Assembly: GCF_006345805.1 (NCBI RefSeq)
Contig: NC_043005.1
Span: forward strand, 39,494,001-39,558,000
Source of the DNA: Octopus sinensis
Taxonomy: Eukaryota
DNA length: 64,000 nt
Direction of reading: 5' to 3'
Position 1 is the first letter of the stretch; every line of letters begins with the position of its first letter. A model generated the notes under the pieces. It did not search any database. It saw only the letters and a program-made list of their open reading frames with translations, and was not told the DNA's origin. The position numbers and the translations under genes are program-made. Below, one piece after another: positions 11,739 through 24,590 of the stretch.

Positions 11739-12837
11739 AATATGAGCTCACAAGCATGTCACAGTCACAGTTTCTATAGAAATTGTATTTCATCTGAGAT
11801 TAGGTAAAAAATACATTCGAATCCGTACCATTTATGCTGAAGACGAACTACCAAAAAAGAAAGCAGAATAGTAACAGAAAAATATCACGCAAGAAGAATA
11901 TAGAAAAAAATTAAACGAATAAAAATGTAACTAACAATAAATAACAAGGTGGGGATAGGGTGCGACTACAAAATATTTCTACCAAGATATTTCTGAACCT
12001 AATTCACTAGGTTTTTGGAGGAGGAGTGGAATATAACGATCTGATCACATGAATGTAATGTAACTGATTGCCCATTATTGGAAGATACTGGAAAATAAAG
12101 AGTTAACGGAATAGAGAGAAATTTGAGAAGTTCAAAGGGTAAATTATTCAATATATGTTAAGAATTCTTGCTCGTATGGAAAGTCAAAAAATAAAAGCAG
12201 TAACCAGATTTATATATGTACTACAATATCGAATCCAGAATAACAAGGACAACGGTTTGTGTTTATCTAGAAATACGTTTCTATAAGTGTGTCTTCTATA
12301 AATGTTATAGAAAAGAACAAGTCCGCTACCTTAATCAATGATATACATAGTTATTTTCCGAAAGCATGATAAATTGGGAGGAAGAAAAGAAAAGATTACA
12401 GAAATTGAATATATGCCATATTCGACTCCAGAAGCCAAACGATTTCTTATAAAATGTTTACAACAAAAAGTAAAATAACAATATTTCACACAAAAAAAAA
12501 AACGGGTGAATCATATAAATTGCCCTGTGCTGAAAACAACAATTGCTTAGTAAGGTTTAGGAGAAAATAAAATGAATACAAACAAATTCATGCGGGCTAG
12601 AAAAAATAACTACTGAGAAAATAATGAGAAAAAATTGTATAAATAAATAAATATGCATATTCGAAATGCAATAATTATATAAACAGGAATAGAAATAGAA
12701 GACAGCTAAATATATTAAAAGTACGTAAAGGAAATATGAAGCTTACGTTCCAAACAACAGGTCAAATGTTATATATATATATATATACATAAATACATAC
12801 ATGCATACATACATGCATATATACATATGTACATATG

Positions 12838-12881
<44 letters not shown>

Positions 12882-13576
12882 ACACGCTCTCGCACACAGA
12901 CACATAATTATATACATATACAAATACAACACGGTAAACTTTGAAAAAACACAAACTGTAACCATAAAAAGACGTTGATCATAAAATATGCAGTATTGAT
13001 AACTAAATTCTAGCATGATGTACATATGTATGTATGTATGTATGTATGTGTGTGTGTGTGTGTGTGTGTGTCTATGTATGTGTGCATATATATGTGTATA
13101 TAGCGAATTAATAAGGAAACCTAAAATCCTATCTGTAAGTTTATATACACACAATCACACATAGGCACACACACATACATACATACATACTTACACACAC
13201 AGACTCACACACACACACATATGCTTGCGTCACAACACTTAAACAGAACCATTTGACCTAAACCAGCCCTGATCTCTTTAACATCATGCCAAGACACGTA
13301 AAGAGAAAGAATGATCTCATAACTTTTGAAACTGTTTCTGGCTGAATATCTCCAAAAATTCTGAATAGACCAGCTACACTCTCTCATATATCTCTGCAAA
13401 CAGAAACTGCTTACTGGCATGGGTTATAGTCTCCAAAAAATGATTGTAATATGACATATTAAATATCTTCTATTAGTCATGTCCCGGGCCAATTCTGGCC
13501 GAAAGTTATCTAAATATCAAAGTATATATGCGTGTGTGCACGTGTGTGTATGTGTATGTGTGTGTGTGTATGGGTG

Positions 13577-13607
<31 letters not shown>

Positions 13608-14015
13608 ATGCATATATACATACACCTGCACATAAACACAGATAGCTACATTTACATTTACATAAAAAAATTATGCAGGCTACCTCTGTATTATCCCGGC
13701 TTGGTTTATGCTAATCGACAGTAAGACGAGTTTGGAATTTTCTCAAATCGTCGACGATGCTCAACCATTGAAATATCGACCAATTACCACAAACTACTGT
13801 GGTTTCAGAAAGTTACATAGAATGCAGAGAAGATTTCTAAAGAAAAGCTCGAGCTGCCTGCGAATGGTCAACGCAATTGAGATATTCTCGTGGTAAAATG
13901 GTGAGATGAGTTGTGATCATTAACATTGTCGGTGGAAGAATGGAATCAGGAAGATATTCCACCAAGTGAAATATTATTTGCGAGTTACATTATTGTCTTT
14001 ATCTTGTTTGTTGTC

Positions 14016-14061
14016 AACACAACGTTTCGGTTGATATACCCTCCAGCCTTCATCAGGTGTC
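14016..14061 (-). ncRNA. Minimal type I hammerhead ribozyme (PLE-associated)
   Basis: GACAC-CTGATGA-A-GGCTG(gagggtatat)CAACC-GAA-ACGT-T-GTGTT; core intact, one stem II mismatch. Confidence 0.75.
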
Positions 14062-14477
14062 TTGGAGAAATTTCGAACCGGGGTTCTCATTACAAAGTTA
14101 TTTTTCGATGTTGTTGTTAAGTATCTTTGATCAATTCTTTGAAGTGGGTGGAATTCTTCATGTACAATGTTGACTTTCCTGCTAATGGACTGATTAAATC
14201 CACAAGAAACCGACTTAGTGGATGACATGCTGAACCTCTACAGCTCACTCTAGGTTTTAATGGAATACCATCATTGTGAATCTTAGGGAGACTGTACATG
14301 TGTGGTAGTTTACTGTAGTGTTGAGTCAGTTGTCTGTACTTCATTGGTGTAAAGTGATCCTTGTTCTTGATCAAGATCTATGGCAACTTATAATGATAAT
14401 AATAATAATAATATAATAATAATAATAACGTGGAAAAATACCTTAAGAATGAGACCCCAGGTACGAAAATTCCCCAA

Positions 14478-14523
14478 GACACCTGATGAAGGCTGGAGGG
14501 TATATCAGCCAAAACGTTGTGTT
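14478..14523 (+). ncRNA. Hammerhead copy with a G12-to-A core mutation (likely inactive)
   Basis: GACAC-CTGATGA-A-GGCTG..CAGCC-AAAA-CGTT-GTGTT. Confidence 0.65.
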
Positions 14524-14821
14524 AACAACAAACAAGCTGAGGACAAATATCCGTCAAATGTAAATAATGTAAATAATTCCTCATCTCTTAAATATAGAAC
14601 TGTAAACAGAGTTAATTTTACTGAAGTGGAACACAAAGCGTTTGAGGTTAACCCTTAGCAGGTTCTGTGAGTTTCAGGAAGTGTGGCAAGAAGAATTGAT
14701 ATCGAACTTGTTAACGTATTTCCTTCAAAATTCCAAGTCATTCTCCAGTATAGTATATATTCTAAAGATCTTATTCTGCATGTAGATGAAGAAGAACATT
14801 AACAATAGAAAAGAATACCTA

Positions 14822-15044
14822 TTTCTTTACTACCCACAAGGGGCTAAACACGGAGAGGACAAACAAGGACAGACAAACGGATTAAGTCGATTACATCGAC
14901 ACCAGTGCATAACTGGTACTTATTTAATCGACCCCGAAAGGATGAAAGGCAAAGTCGACCTCGGCGGAATTTGAACTCAGAACGTAACAGCAGACGAAAT
15001 ACCGCAAAGCATTTCACCCAGCGTGCTAACGTTTCTGCCAGCTC
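14822..15044 (-). mobile_element. tRNA-derived SINE (family A)
   Basis: Reverse complement of the 5253-5476 family. Confidence 0.9.
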
Positions 15045-16289
15045 AAAAAGAATACCTTCAACGACGTTTATTGCTCTGGAACAAAATTGTGCTCTTAAAT
15101 TTTAAACTGCGAAAGATAGATTCCCATTGCTTTTTAATAAATAATAACGTTTTAGGAAACATAATATAAAGGCCGGTGTTAGTCTTCAACTTGGAAACAC
15201 TTCGTACGTTGATAGAGTTAAATAAGTAACAACTGCCCAGTTGTTAAAAGTCTATTGGAAGGTGCGTGTCACAGAGATGCTACTCTTGGACTGCTGCACT
15301 AGCTATTTTGAACGGCTGTGTACAACTTCTGTATTGGGAATGGTTTATCATTTGAAGTTTTCGGGGGGGGGGGGTTTCTGTGAGACAACGCTTCTAGCCA
15401 TCTCTCGAATTTTAATTAAGTTTAAAGTAAACAGAATTTATAGGCCACCAAACGCATCTTTTCTACAACAAATAAACAAAGGCGTGAGAATAACTTTTAA
15501 TGTGTTGCTACGCGCAGAATTCTTTTTAAAAATAAGTTTGTTAGACAGATATCCTTATATGATTAAAGTACGAAGTGCAGTCGTTTCATATTTTACATCA
15601 GTCCATTATTTTATACCGCTGGGAAAATGTAGTGCGGTTTAAATGAATTTTTGAAGTTTCACCCGAGTCAAGGAACGACCTAGTAAGGTTTTGGTTGACT
15701 GAGAATTATTATACATTGCATTCAAATGATGTTTCGAAATTGATAGAAGATAAAAGTGATGAGGTTTCAGTAGATGACATCATGGAATTTATTGTTGATG
15801 GAAAAAGAAGACAAAAGACGTTTATGACGAAAAATTATCAGATTAGACGGAACACTTGCACACAAAAAGAGAGGAGAAAAACAACGAATATATACTAGAA
15901 TTTATCATGGAGATGACGAAAATGTACACCTTTAAACGATTTTTTGCAAACGCTTATTCTTTGATTGATGAGTGTAATTAATCACGACTGCCTGAGAAGT
16001 AAATTTGTATAAAGGGGGATTTTAAGGAATTCTCAACACATTGTTTTATAATTTTTAACGATAAAAAAATACAGGTAAAGCCTTCTGAATTCATACTTTT
16101 GGAAGGTGAAAGTCTTTTAATTTGGTATCTTGACATCAGTGGATGACCACCAACTGTTGCCGCCATTTGTCTTAATGGTAATTCCATTCTTAATACTGAC
16201 TATTTTTGCATCAATTAACATATTCACGAAAATCGGAAAAGCTTATAACACACAGCCACTGCTTAATTTGTATTCTTTTCTTAGAATGT

Positions 16290-16560
16290 TTTGAGTTCTG
16301 CCAGTCATAAGCCGGTTACCGAGGTCTTATAGCGTATAAGTGATCCAGATCACAAGAGTCACCCTGAAGAAAGCGCCAGTCCCTCACTTATTTTACAGGT
16401 CCCTCCCTCACTTATGTTACTTATTATGCAGATGAGTTGAGTCAAGCAAAGTGAAATGAAGTGTTTTTCTCAAGAACAATACACAATACCTCATCCGGGA
16501 ACCGAAAAGACGTTCTTACGCTCACGAGTGCAAATTACCCTAACTGCTAGGCCGCACGCC
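16290..16560 (-). mobile_element. Degraded tRNA-derived SINE (family C)
   Basis: Minus strand ggcgtgcggcctagcagttagggt...ttgtgtattgttcttgagaaaaacacttcatttcac is similar to 51245-51510. Confidence 0.6.
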
Positions 16561-16964
16561 ATCAAAAATACTTCCCAACAAGCTGATTAAAAGTGATTCG
16601 TAATTATCTTGATTGTGGTACACAGATTCATACGAACTTACTATACAGCGTGATGGCAATCGCAAAACGCCTTCTTCTAGAAAATGAACAATGCATCTAC
16701 GAACCAAGCATAAAAAACCACTGGATACATTGGTATCAAATAAAAAAAAGCTTTGAAACAAACATCAAAAGATTTCAGTCAATAAGAGTGCAAATTCATT
16801 ACATCATAACATCAGCCGAGATGTTACAGCGTTGCGCTTACGACCACACGATCGTGGGCTCGATATCTAAACCGTTCGGTGCTATGCCTCTCTTCAGCCA
16901 GGCGCACCATTTCGCGTTGCCCTAGTCTAGTCAACCGAAAATGTATACTAATCTTGAATTGGTG

Positions 16965-17064
16965 TCTCTCTCGCTCTCTCTCTCTCTCTCTTTCTTTCTC
17001 TCTCTCCCCCTCTCTCTCTCTCTCTCGCTCTCTCTCTCTCTCTTTCTTTCTCTCTCTCTCCCCC

Positions 17065-17095
<31 letters not shown>

Positions 17096-17096
17096 C
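16965..17096. repeat. (CT)n polypyrimidine tract
   Basis: Direct reading. Confidence 0.95.
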
Positions 17097-17842
17097 CAGC
17101 AGTCACATCATCACTGTTCTTCTCAGTAAAAAGATGGGAACTGAGATGTTGTCTGTTTTTGTTTGCGACTATATAAACACCTACGATAACTAGCGAAAGC
17201 ATGGAGCATGCAGCCAACTCATACTCGCTTGAGAGTAACGCCTACAATTAATTATCTAAACCACGGTTTCGATGCAAAATACGGATCTGAAATCCTAGCA
17301 ACAGACAAAAAAATAATGATAAACACAATCTATTTTAGATGCACATTAACTGCTTCACACAAAATTATATACTGCACTTTGATACAAACAAATTTCGTAT
17401 GGACAAAAATTGCAGTTGGTTGAATCGATTCTTCTACATTGTATGTAATTATTTATTGATTCATTTATTGATTATACTTGATCTCTGAATATAGTATGTA
17501 TAAATTCGATCCCGTCAGTATTTCAAATTAAAACATTAAGGCACTCTACTAGATAATAGAAAATATCTAGACAGTTCTCTATAAGCTTCCCCGTCTTCAC
17601 TGCCCTGAAATCGACCAAAACATATATTGCAAACAGCCAAAATGGGAATATGCAAATTTAAGCAATCGCTAATTCATTTATGGATGTATTTATTTGTAAA
17701 TAAGATTTACCTAATAACTAGTTAGAGACAGTTGTTTGCCGCCGTAGAATCTTCTGTGCAGGAGTATGAATGTGTATATGTGCGTGTATATATTTCTGCA
17801 TGTTCCTGTGTATGTGTGCGAAACATGTGCATATATACGTAA

Positions 17843-17844
<2 letters not shown>

Positions 17845-17888
<44 letters not shown>

Positions 17889-17982
17889 ACATATATATAT
17901 ATGTGTGTGTGTGTGTGTACATATATATATATGTGTGTGTGTGTGTGTACATATATATATATATGTGTGTGTGTGTGTGTAC

Positions 17983-18019
<37 letters not shown>

Positions 18020-18051
18020 GTACATATATATATATATATGTGTGTGTGTAC

Positions 18052-18083
<32 letters not shown>

Positions 18084-18110
18084 ACATATATATATATATG
18101 TGTGTGTGTG

Positions 18111-18151
<41 letters not shown>

Positions 18152-18162
18152 ACATATATATA

Positions 18163-18198
<36 letters not shown>

Positions 18199-18200
18199 TT
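17845..18200. repeat. Compound minisatellite [(GT)n-AC-(AT)n], about 10 units
   Basis: Repeating unit gtgtgtgtgtacatatatatatat of variable length. Confidence 0.95.
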
Positions 18201-19321
18201 ATGTATGTGTGTGTGTGTGTACAAACACATGTATATATACATATATATGTATGGATATATATATGCTTATATATATATATATATATATAAGCTTATGTGT
18301 GTGTGCATATGTGTATGCATCTATGTATGTATCTACGTATGTATGTATATAGTTCCAACTCTGGGAACTTTCGTCACGAAATCAAGACGGCGTTTATCCT
18401 CACACTCCCTGTGGATATCTTAATATAGCTGTCAAATTGATTTATCTGTCGGTTATTTTTAGAATAATTTTGGCAGCAATTTCTCAACCTAATTGGTTTG
18501 TTTCTAAAACATACAGCCCCGGTAAGAAAGCGCTTCACTTCATCATTATTCCACGCTGCATGAGTCAAGTTTAATCGACCAGATGAAGTATAGTCACAAT
18601 TATCTAAAGTAACGATGCAAATAAGCATTTAAATGCAATCATGGGTTGTGTGGAAGGGGCGGGAAGATGGGGGCTGTTGGTTTCAGTCCGTAATGACCAG
18701 TGAATGATACTAGTAAAAATAATAATAATAGTAATAATAATAATAATAACAACAACAACAACAGCAACGATAACAACAACAATAATAATGATGATCATGA
18801 TGATCATGATGTTGATGGCTGAGCGACCGCCTTTAAGATATTTTCCTCTGAATGTGCATCTCATTTCTCTTATTTAAGATCTCAATATTTATCGAGAGTT
18901 ATATTTCGTTTACTTAGTTCAGTCGAATGATTTCAGAGAAAACGATGGCTCGTCGCACAAAGGGTGAAGGAATGGATTCTGAGATGGATGGATGGATGGA
19001 TATAAGTTCACACTACTCATATTTACTATCAAATCAGTCTGAGACAAATTTCTTTGAGTTCGATTCGGAGTGATGCCCTATCATTGCATTTTTACACAAA
19101 ATGTTCGTTGAATACAGTTTTGAATTTAAAAGAAAATCATAAGCATGGCTGTGTGAGCAAGAAGCTTGCTTTACAACCAAAACATCTCGAGTTCAGTCCC
19201 ACTGCTCGGCATCTTGGGAAATTTTCTACCAAAGCTATGCATTTCGCGTACATTTCGTGCACGGAAACAAGAGAAGCCTGTCGTAGATATATATTTTTTT
19301 CTCTCTACATTTATTTATCTA

Positions 19322-19692
19322 CGTGTTAAGAAGCTTAATTCCCAACCACACGGTTCCTGGTTCACTCTCACTGCGTGGTAACTTAGGCAGGTATCTTCTG
19401 CCAACCAAAACCTTGTGAGCGGATTTGGTTGACGGAAACTGAAAAAAAAGCCGTCAAACATATGTGTGTTTGTTTGTGCGAATGTGTGTGTATGTCTTTG
19501 TGTTCCCCCCCCCCCACCATCGAGTGACAACCGATGTTGGTGTGTTTATGCACCCGTTATCTAGCGATTCAGCAAAAGAGAGCGATAGAATAAGTACTAG
19601 GCTTACAAAGAATAAGTCTTGGGGTCGATATCTTCGACTGAAATACTTTAAGCTCCAGCATGGCTGCAGTCAAATGACTGAAACGTAAAAGA
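19322..19692 (+). mobile_element. Composite SINE family B, nearly full length, with internal (TG)n
   Basis: tRNA-like head (ccaaccacacggttcctggttcactc), central (TG)n, 3' half ending cagtcaaatgactgaaac.taaaagaata. Confidence 0.88.
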
Positions 19693-19707
19693 ATATATAT
19701 ATATATC

Positions 19708-20389
19708 ATCTTCTATTCTATATTAATTTGAAGATACCATGTGTTACATGTGCTGCAATACGATGCAATCGTATTTTCGTTTTGTGAAGTGAAGTTTGAT
19801 GGTATATATAAAAGGAATAATTGTTACACTGGACCGATTTTTATTAAGCTTGGTAGTAAAATGAAATAAAGCCACATGATTGAATTTAGAAGCAACAAAA
19901 ATGAATTACGGGATTTATTTTCTATTTTTTAGATATTTAACTTTAGAACATTCAATATGGTGCGTAGAAGACAACAGAATGCTCAGCTGAAAACCGAAAT
20001 TCCAGAGGTCGAAGGGTTAGAAAAACACAAGAAAAAAAGCAGGAATGGCTCTAATCTCAGAGACAACGAAATGTGGAGACTCAAGAGCAACCAGGCAAGC
20101 CCACTAGAGGGAGCGAAAGGCACCTGAGCAGAAACGTCAGAAATTGGAGTCTCAAGCCGATAGGCAAGCTTGCCTGTGGAAGCACGTAACAGCAGGACAG
20201 AAACGACGGAGGTTGAAATCTGAAGCCGATTGAAATACCACGCTTAAGAGAACAAGTATAACTTCAAAGTAACGCAGCCAGGTTAGTATTTAGAACTTTT
20301 TCTCGTGAACAGTGGCAACTTGCAGCCTTTAACTACGATACATGCCTTATGAAAACATTTGAATACAGTACAGATCGGGCGACTGATAG

Positions 20390-20390
<1 letters not shown>
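19708..20390 (+). pseudogene. 5' fragment of an autonomous-type Helitron (Rep-helicase N-terminal repeats)
   Basis: 5' TC start; subterminal hairpin AATACGAT-gca-ATCGTATT; translation APEQKRQKLESQADRQA..TAGQKRRRLKSEAD and REQWQLAAFNYD resembles Helitron N-terminal repeats and the AF.YD motif. Confidence 0.6.
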
Positions 20391-20460
<70 letters not shown>

Positions 20461-20529
20461 CATATACATAAATCTAGAAAAAGAGAAATTGTCTGGTTCG
20501 CCCCTCCCCCATTTTTCTCAGAGTCAAAA

Positions 20530-21200
20530 TTTACTAAATCTGTTCTTTAAGATTTTGAAAATATATTTTTCCAAGCACCACAAATATTACCCCATATTTA
20601 ACAGACACACTATAAAATTATCTTACTCTACCACGCCGAATTTGGGATCTATAATTGCATCCTCACATATAACTAAAAACTTAGATCACCATAAGTTAAC
20701 GCATATAAGTCCAAATAAAATTAATATAACAAAATAGTAAGTGTAAATCTAAACGCAATCAATCCCGACACAACTTTAATAAATCCCAGTAAAATTAAAG
20801 ATAGGAAATCAAAAACTTGTAACTATAAGGGCCCCGAATTATGTCAGGTTGCTGGATTTTGTTTACATAGAAATGTAATTTATAAATGCAGTGTGGCAAA
20901 TCACAAGCGCCAGATAAGGATATACATAGGAATCACTATAGTTTTTAAGAGACGATATAAAACCCATTTAAATTCCTTCAGTAAGCTAAAATATAAAAAC
21001 TCAACAGCACTAGCGAGATACATTAATCATTTAAAATTACAAAACATCAGTTACACATTATATTGGTCTATTATAGATAAGCCTCGCCCCTTCATACAAC
21101 ACGATTATGGACAGAGTTGAATGTGCATAAAAGACTAATACACTATTCTCCGCCTGTATAATTCTACTGTATTAAATAAGTTTTCCGATGCTATTTATAC
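20530..21200 (+). mobile_element. PLE C-terminal fragment (GIY-YIG endonuclease), degraded
   Basis: HHKYYPIFNRHTIKLSYSTTPNLGSII; CNYKGPELCQVAGFCLHRNVIYKCSV; YIGIT..FKRRYKTHLNSF..KYKNSTALARYINHLK. Confidence 0.85.
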
Positions 21201-21727
21201 GTGTAACTTCAGATATTTCTCAACTGTCATGAGACTTTGAATGTACTTATTAAGTTACGCCGCACAACTTAACATCATATTGCCAATTTAAATATATATT
21301 TTAACAAAGAGACTAAATAATCTAACTTTTACTTCCATCTGCCCTCATGTAGACTTCCACCATTTGCATAGATATATCTGTTCCACCATTTGCATAGATA
21401 TATCTGTTCCACCATACAAAGCATGCAGTTACCTCATACCTTCGCATTATTTTCTCTTCACTATAATTTTAATTCTTTTTAAAAAAAAGTTTTTATCAAT
21501 AATCCCATACTACAGTATATTATTACTCTGTTTTGATATTCATATATTTATATCTCCATATATATATATTTAATAATCATATATTTTTTACATTTTTACA
21601 TGTATTTTATATGTATTTTTAGTATATCAATATATTTTTTTGGACAATTTTTATCTTAAATTAAATCCGTATACTTATATGTTCATTCTAGTTTGCCTGA
21701 TTTGAACTTTCTCCATTCCATTTATTA

Positions 21728-23002
21728 CGACGGGCGTTCAATAAGTAATGCCTCTGACCCACTTGCAGTTGTTTGAAATTTTGCATGTGCAGTTACCTAC
21801 ATCTCTATAGATTAAGTGGCAAATTACAGCTCTGAACTAAATGTGGTTTCTGATTTACAGGTGTTTGAACTGAGTCAAGTGTGAAACGGAGCCTGTTGAG
21901 TGTCGAGCAGTGATGCGGTTTTTGTATTTGAAAGGACGCACACCACGGGAGACTTTTGATGAAATAAAAGTAACTTATGGTAATGATGCCCCATCATATG
22001 ACCTTGTAAAACGCTGGCATCGTGAATTCAAACATGGTCGGAACTTTGTGGAAACAGCTCCCAGATCTGGTCGCCCCCTTCTGCCATTGATGAGGCATCT
22101 GTCCGTCAAGTTGAGGCTGCCATTTTGGAAGATCGACGCATAACTATTCGCCAAATAGCCCATGAGGTCAAGATTAGTACCGGGTCTGTGGAAACTATCA
22201 TTCATGACCATTTGCATATGCAAAAGGTGTCTGCCAGATGGATTCCCAGGCTGCTCACACCTTTCCAGAAGCAAGAACGCGTCGATAGCGCGAGGATGAA
22301 TTTGAAGATGTGCCAAGAAGATGAGTCAAAGTTTTTCAAAAGACTGATTACACAGGATGAAACCTGGGTCCATCACTATGGTCCAGAGACCAAAGCCCAG
22401 TCAATGCAGTGGAAGCACCGTGACTCACCCCCTCCAAAAAAGGCAAGGGTGCAGCCCTCCGCTGGCAAGGTCATGCTCACAGTCTTCTGGGACCAAGACG
22501 GAGTAGTGATGACAGATTTCTTGACAAAGGGTGCCACAATTACAGGAGTATTATGCTTCACTTTTGAGGAAATTAAGAGAAGCTATCAAAATCAAGAGGC
22601 GGAGCAAGATCAGCAAAGGCATCCTCCTCCTGCAGGACAACGCTCCGATCCAGAACTCGCGTGTCGCCAGATCAGAAGCACAGGCGTGCGGCTATGAACT
22701 CATCCCCCATCTCCTGACCTGCACCCTCTGATTTTCACCTCTTCCCAGCCATGAAGTTGTTTTTGAAAGGAAAGCGTTTCCCAGATGATGCAGCCTTGAT
22801 TTCTGAAGTCACGTTCAGGTTGGAGGACCAAGCTGGGGTCTTCTACAAAAACGGTCTTCAGAGCTGCATCAAACGATGGGAGAAATGCGTAACTCTGGGT
22901 GGTTCCTATGTAGAAAAAGACTAATAAAATAACTGTGCCAAGTTTCGTTGCTCTACTGCTATGGGAAGTGGGTCAGGGGCATTACTTATTGAACGCCCCT
23001 CG
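21728..23002 (+). mobile_element. mariner DNA transposon, 1275 bp, full length
   Basis: 37-bp TIRs (cga(c/g)gggcgttcaataagtaatgcc(t/c)ctgacccactt) with 2 mismatches, TA on both sides, transposase inside. Confidence 0.97.
21886..22924 (+). pseudogene. mariner DD34D-type transposase with at least three frameshifts
   Basis: HTH region VKRWHREFKHG..PRSGRP; WIPRLL; ITQDETWVH; LLLQDNAP; SPDL.PSDFHLF split across reading frames. Confidence 0.95.
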
Positions 23003-23088
23003 TATATTTGTTTAACGTCTCAGGTTCAATGTGAGAACTTCTATGCGGTCTGTATCTTTCGTAAGAAAAATATAACTATATATATATA

Positions 23089-23330
23089 TCTATTATATAA
23101 AATCCTTTCAGTGTGTCTGCGTGTGTGTCTTCTCGGATCTCGGCCATCCTCCATCCGATTGCGCTCAAATTTGATATGGAGATACCGACGGTATCAGGGC
23201 TTGTATAAGTCTTGCAAAAATTACAAAAATCGATTCCAGGTGAGAATGTGATGGATAAAGCCGTGGGAACGTGCATTTTGACGCGCAAGTACATAAAAAA
23301 GTCTATCTTTAGTTCTTCTCTTGCTGGTGT
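23089..23330 (+). mobile_element. 5' part of a second Helitron-like non-autonomous family
   Basis: TCTATTATATAAAA start, gtgtgtctg microsatellite, and a ccgattgcgctcaaatttg block; no 3' end recognised. Confidence 0.45.
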
Positions 23331-24129
23331 CTCACATTTAGGTTAAATCAGTGTTTCTCAAAGGGGAGGATTATTGGACGGTCGGACAAGATGTTTTGAG
23401 AAAATGTGGTTTAAATGTTTGACAACTCAGCACCGTCCAATGGACAAGAGGCGTTTTGCTCGTATATATATAAATATATATATATACATTTGATTTTGTT
23501 ACCGAACGACGAATTTTTATTAACATATTACAAGTAATCATTTAAGGGAAGTTAAGGATTTCTGTGTACTTCTTAAAAGCTTTTGTTTCGCTAAAAGATC
23601 TCAACTCAAAACACTTAGAAGGTAAATGCATAGCAGTAACATGTGTGTGTATGCGTGTGTGCATGCGTGCATGTGTGTGCATGCGTGCATGTGTGTGCAT
23701 GCGTGCATGTGTGTGCGCGCGCGTGTGTGTGTGTGTCTCTGTGTGTGTGTTTGTGTGTGTCTGTATGTTTGTATGAATGTATATCTGTATGCATGCATGT
23801 TTGTATGTATGTATGTATGTATATATGTATGTCTATATCTACGTGTGTTTCTGTTTGTGCTCAAACATCTCTTGACAAACGGTGTTGGTTTGCTTACGTT
23901 CCTGTAACTTAGCGAAAAGTAACGGAAGCAATAACTGCTATGTATTAAAATAAGTACGGGGACGATTTGTTTGATGAAATCCATTAAGTGGAGTGGACAG
24001 CAATCGAAACAGATTGAAGCATAAAGAAATGCGTGTGTGGGCTTTGTAGAAAGATAGGAAGTGAGGGTAAGGCGTGTATGGATGGATAGGTGATAGATGC
24101 AAATGACTATTATATGTATCTATCTAACT

Positions 24130-24196
<67 letters not shown>

Positions 24197-24197
<1 letters not shown>

Positions 24198-24590
24198 CTT
24201 TATATATAAAAGTAAGGTTGTGTGCTGTCTGTCTCCTACGATTTAGATTCCTAACTACTCCCACATTTTGCGGTGCAGTTTAACCAAAACCGGGTATCTT
24301 ATAGTCGTGATTCATATCGAGCCCTTCTGGGTATTAGCGCACGTCTACGATGAGACTACGATTTAAAAAAAATTTACCATCAATTTTTCCCATTTTAATG
24401 CATTTTTGGCATATATAAGGGAAGTAACTCTCTAATGGTTTATTATTAAATCTCAGAACGTAAAAATCTACAGTACCCCCCCCCCTTTGTGGTTAACCAT
24501 ATTGAGATGGCTATTATACTTTACATCTCTAAAAATGCTTATATAGTTATTTCCTTTACAAACCCGAGCAACGCCGGGCAATACTGCTAG
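24197..24590 (+). mobile_element. Non-autonomous Helitron-like element, complete
   Basis: TC...CCCGAGCAACGCCGGG...CTAG|T; close copy of 4146-4538. Confidence 0.85.

Larger units (their letters stand above)
13985..14590 (-). mobile_element. PLE fragment: RT N-terminal piece (14110-14374, minus) between two inverted pLTR copies
   Basis: PHMYSLPKIHNDGIPLKPRVSCRGSACHPLSRFLVDLISPL..KNSTHF is typical of PLE RT; arms of ~95 bp at ~14000-14095 and ~14448-14540 are inverted copies. Confidence 0.85.

Noticed and set aside
13708-13896. 62-aa ORF with normal composition, possibly an exon
   Set aside because: No domain match from memory and no convincing splice sites
15695-15898. Acidic ORF ending ..KRRQKTF, reminiscent of a pogo/Tigger C-terminus
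   Set aside because: Similarity is too short and low-complexity to support without a search
17845-18200. CRISPR-like repeat-spacer pattern
   Set aside because: Units are only variable (GT)n/(AT)n tracts with no unique spacers, in a eukaryotic context
21357-21412. Short 2x direct repeats (26 bp here; 20 bp at ~49423-49470)
   Set aside because: Ordinary local slippage duplications
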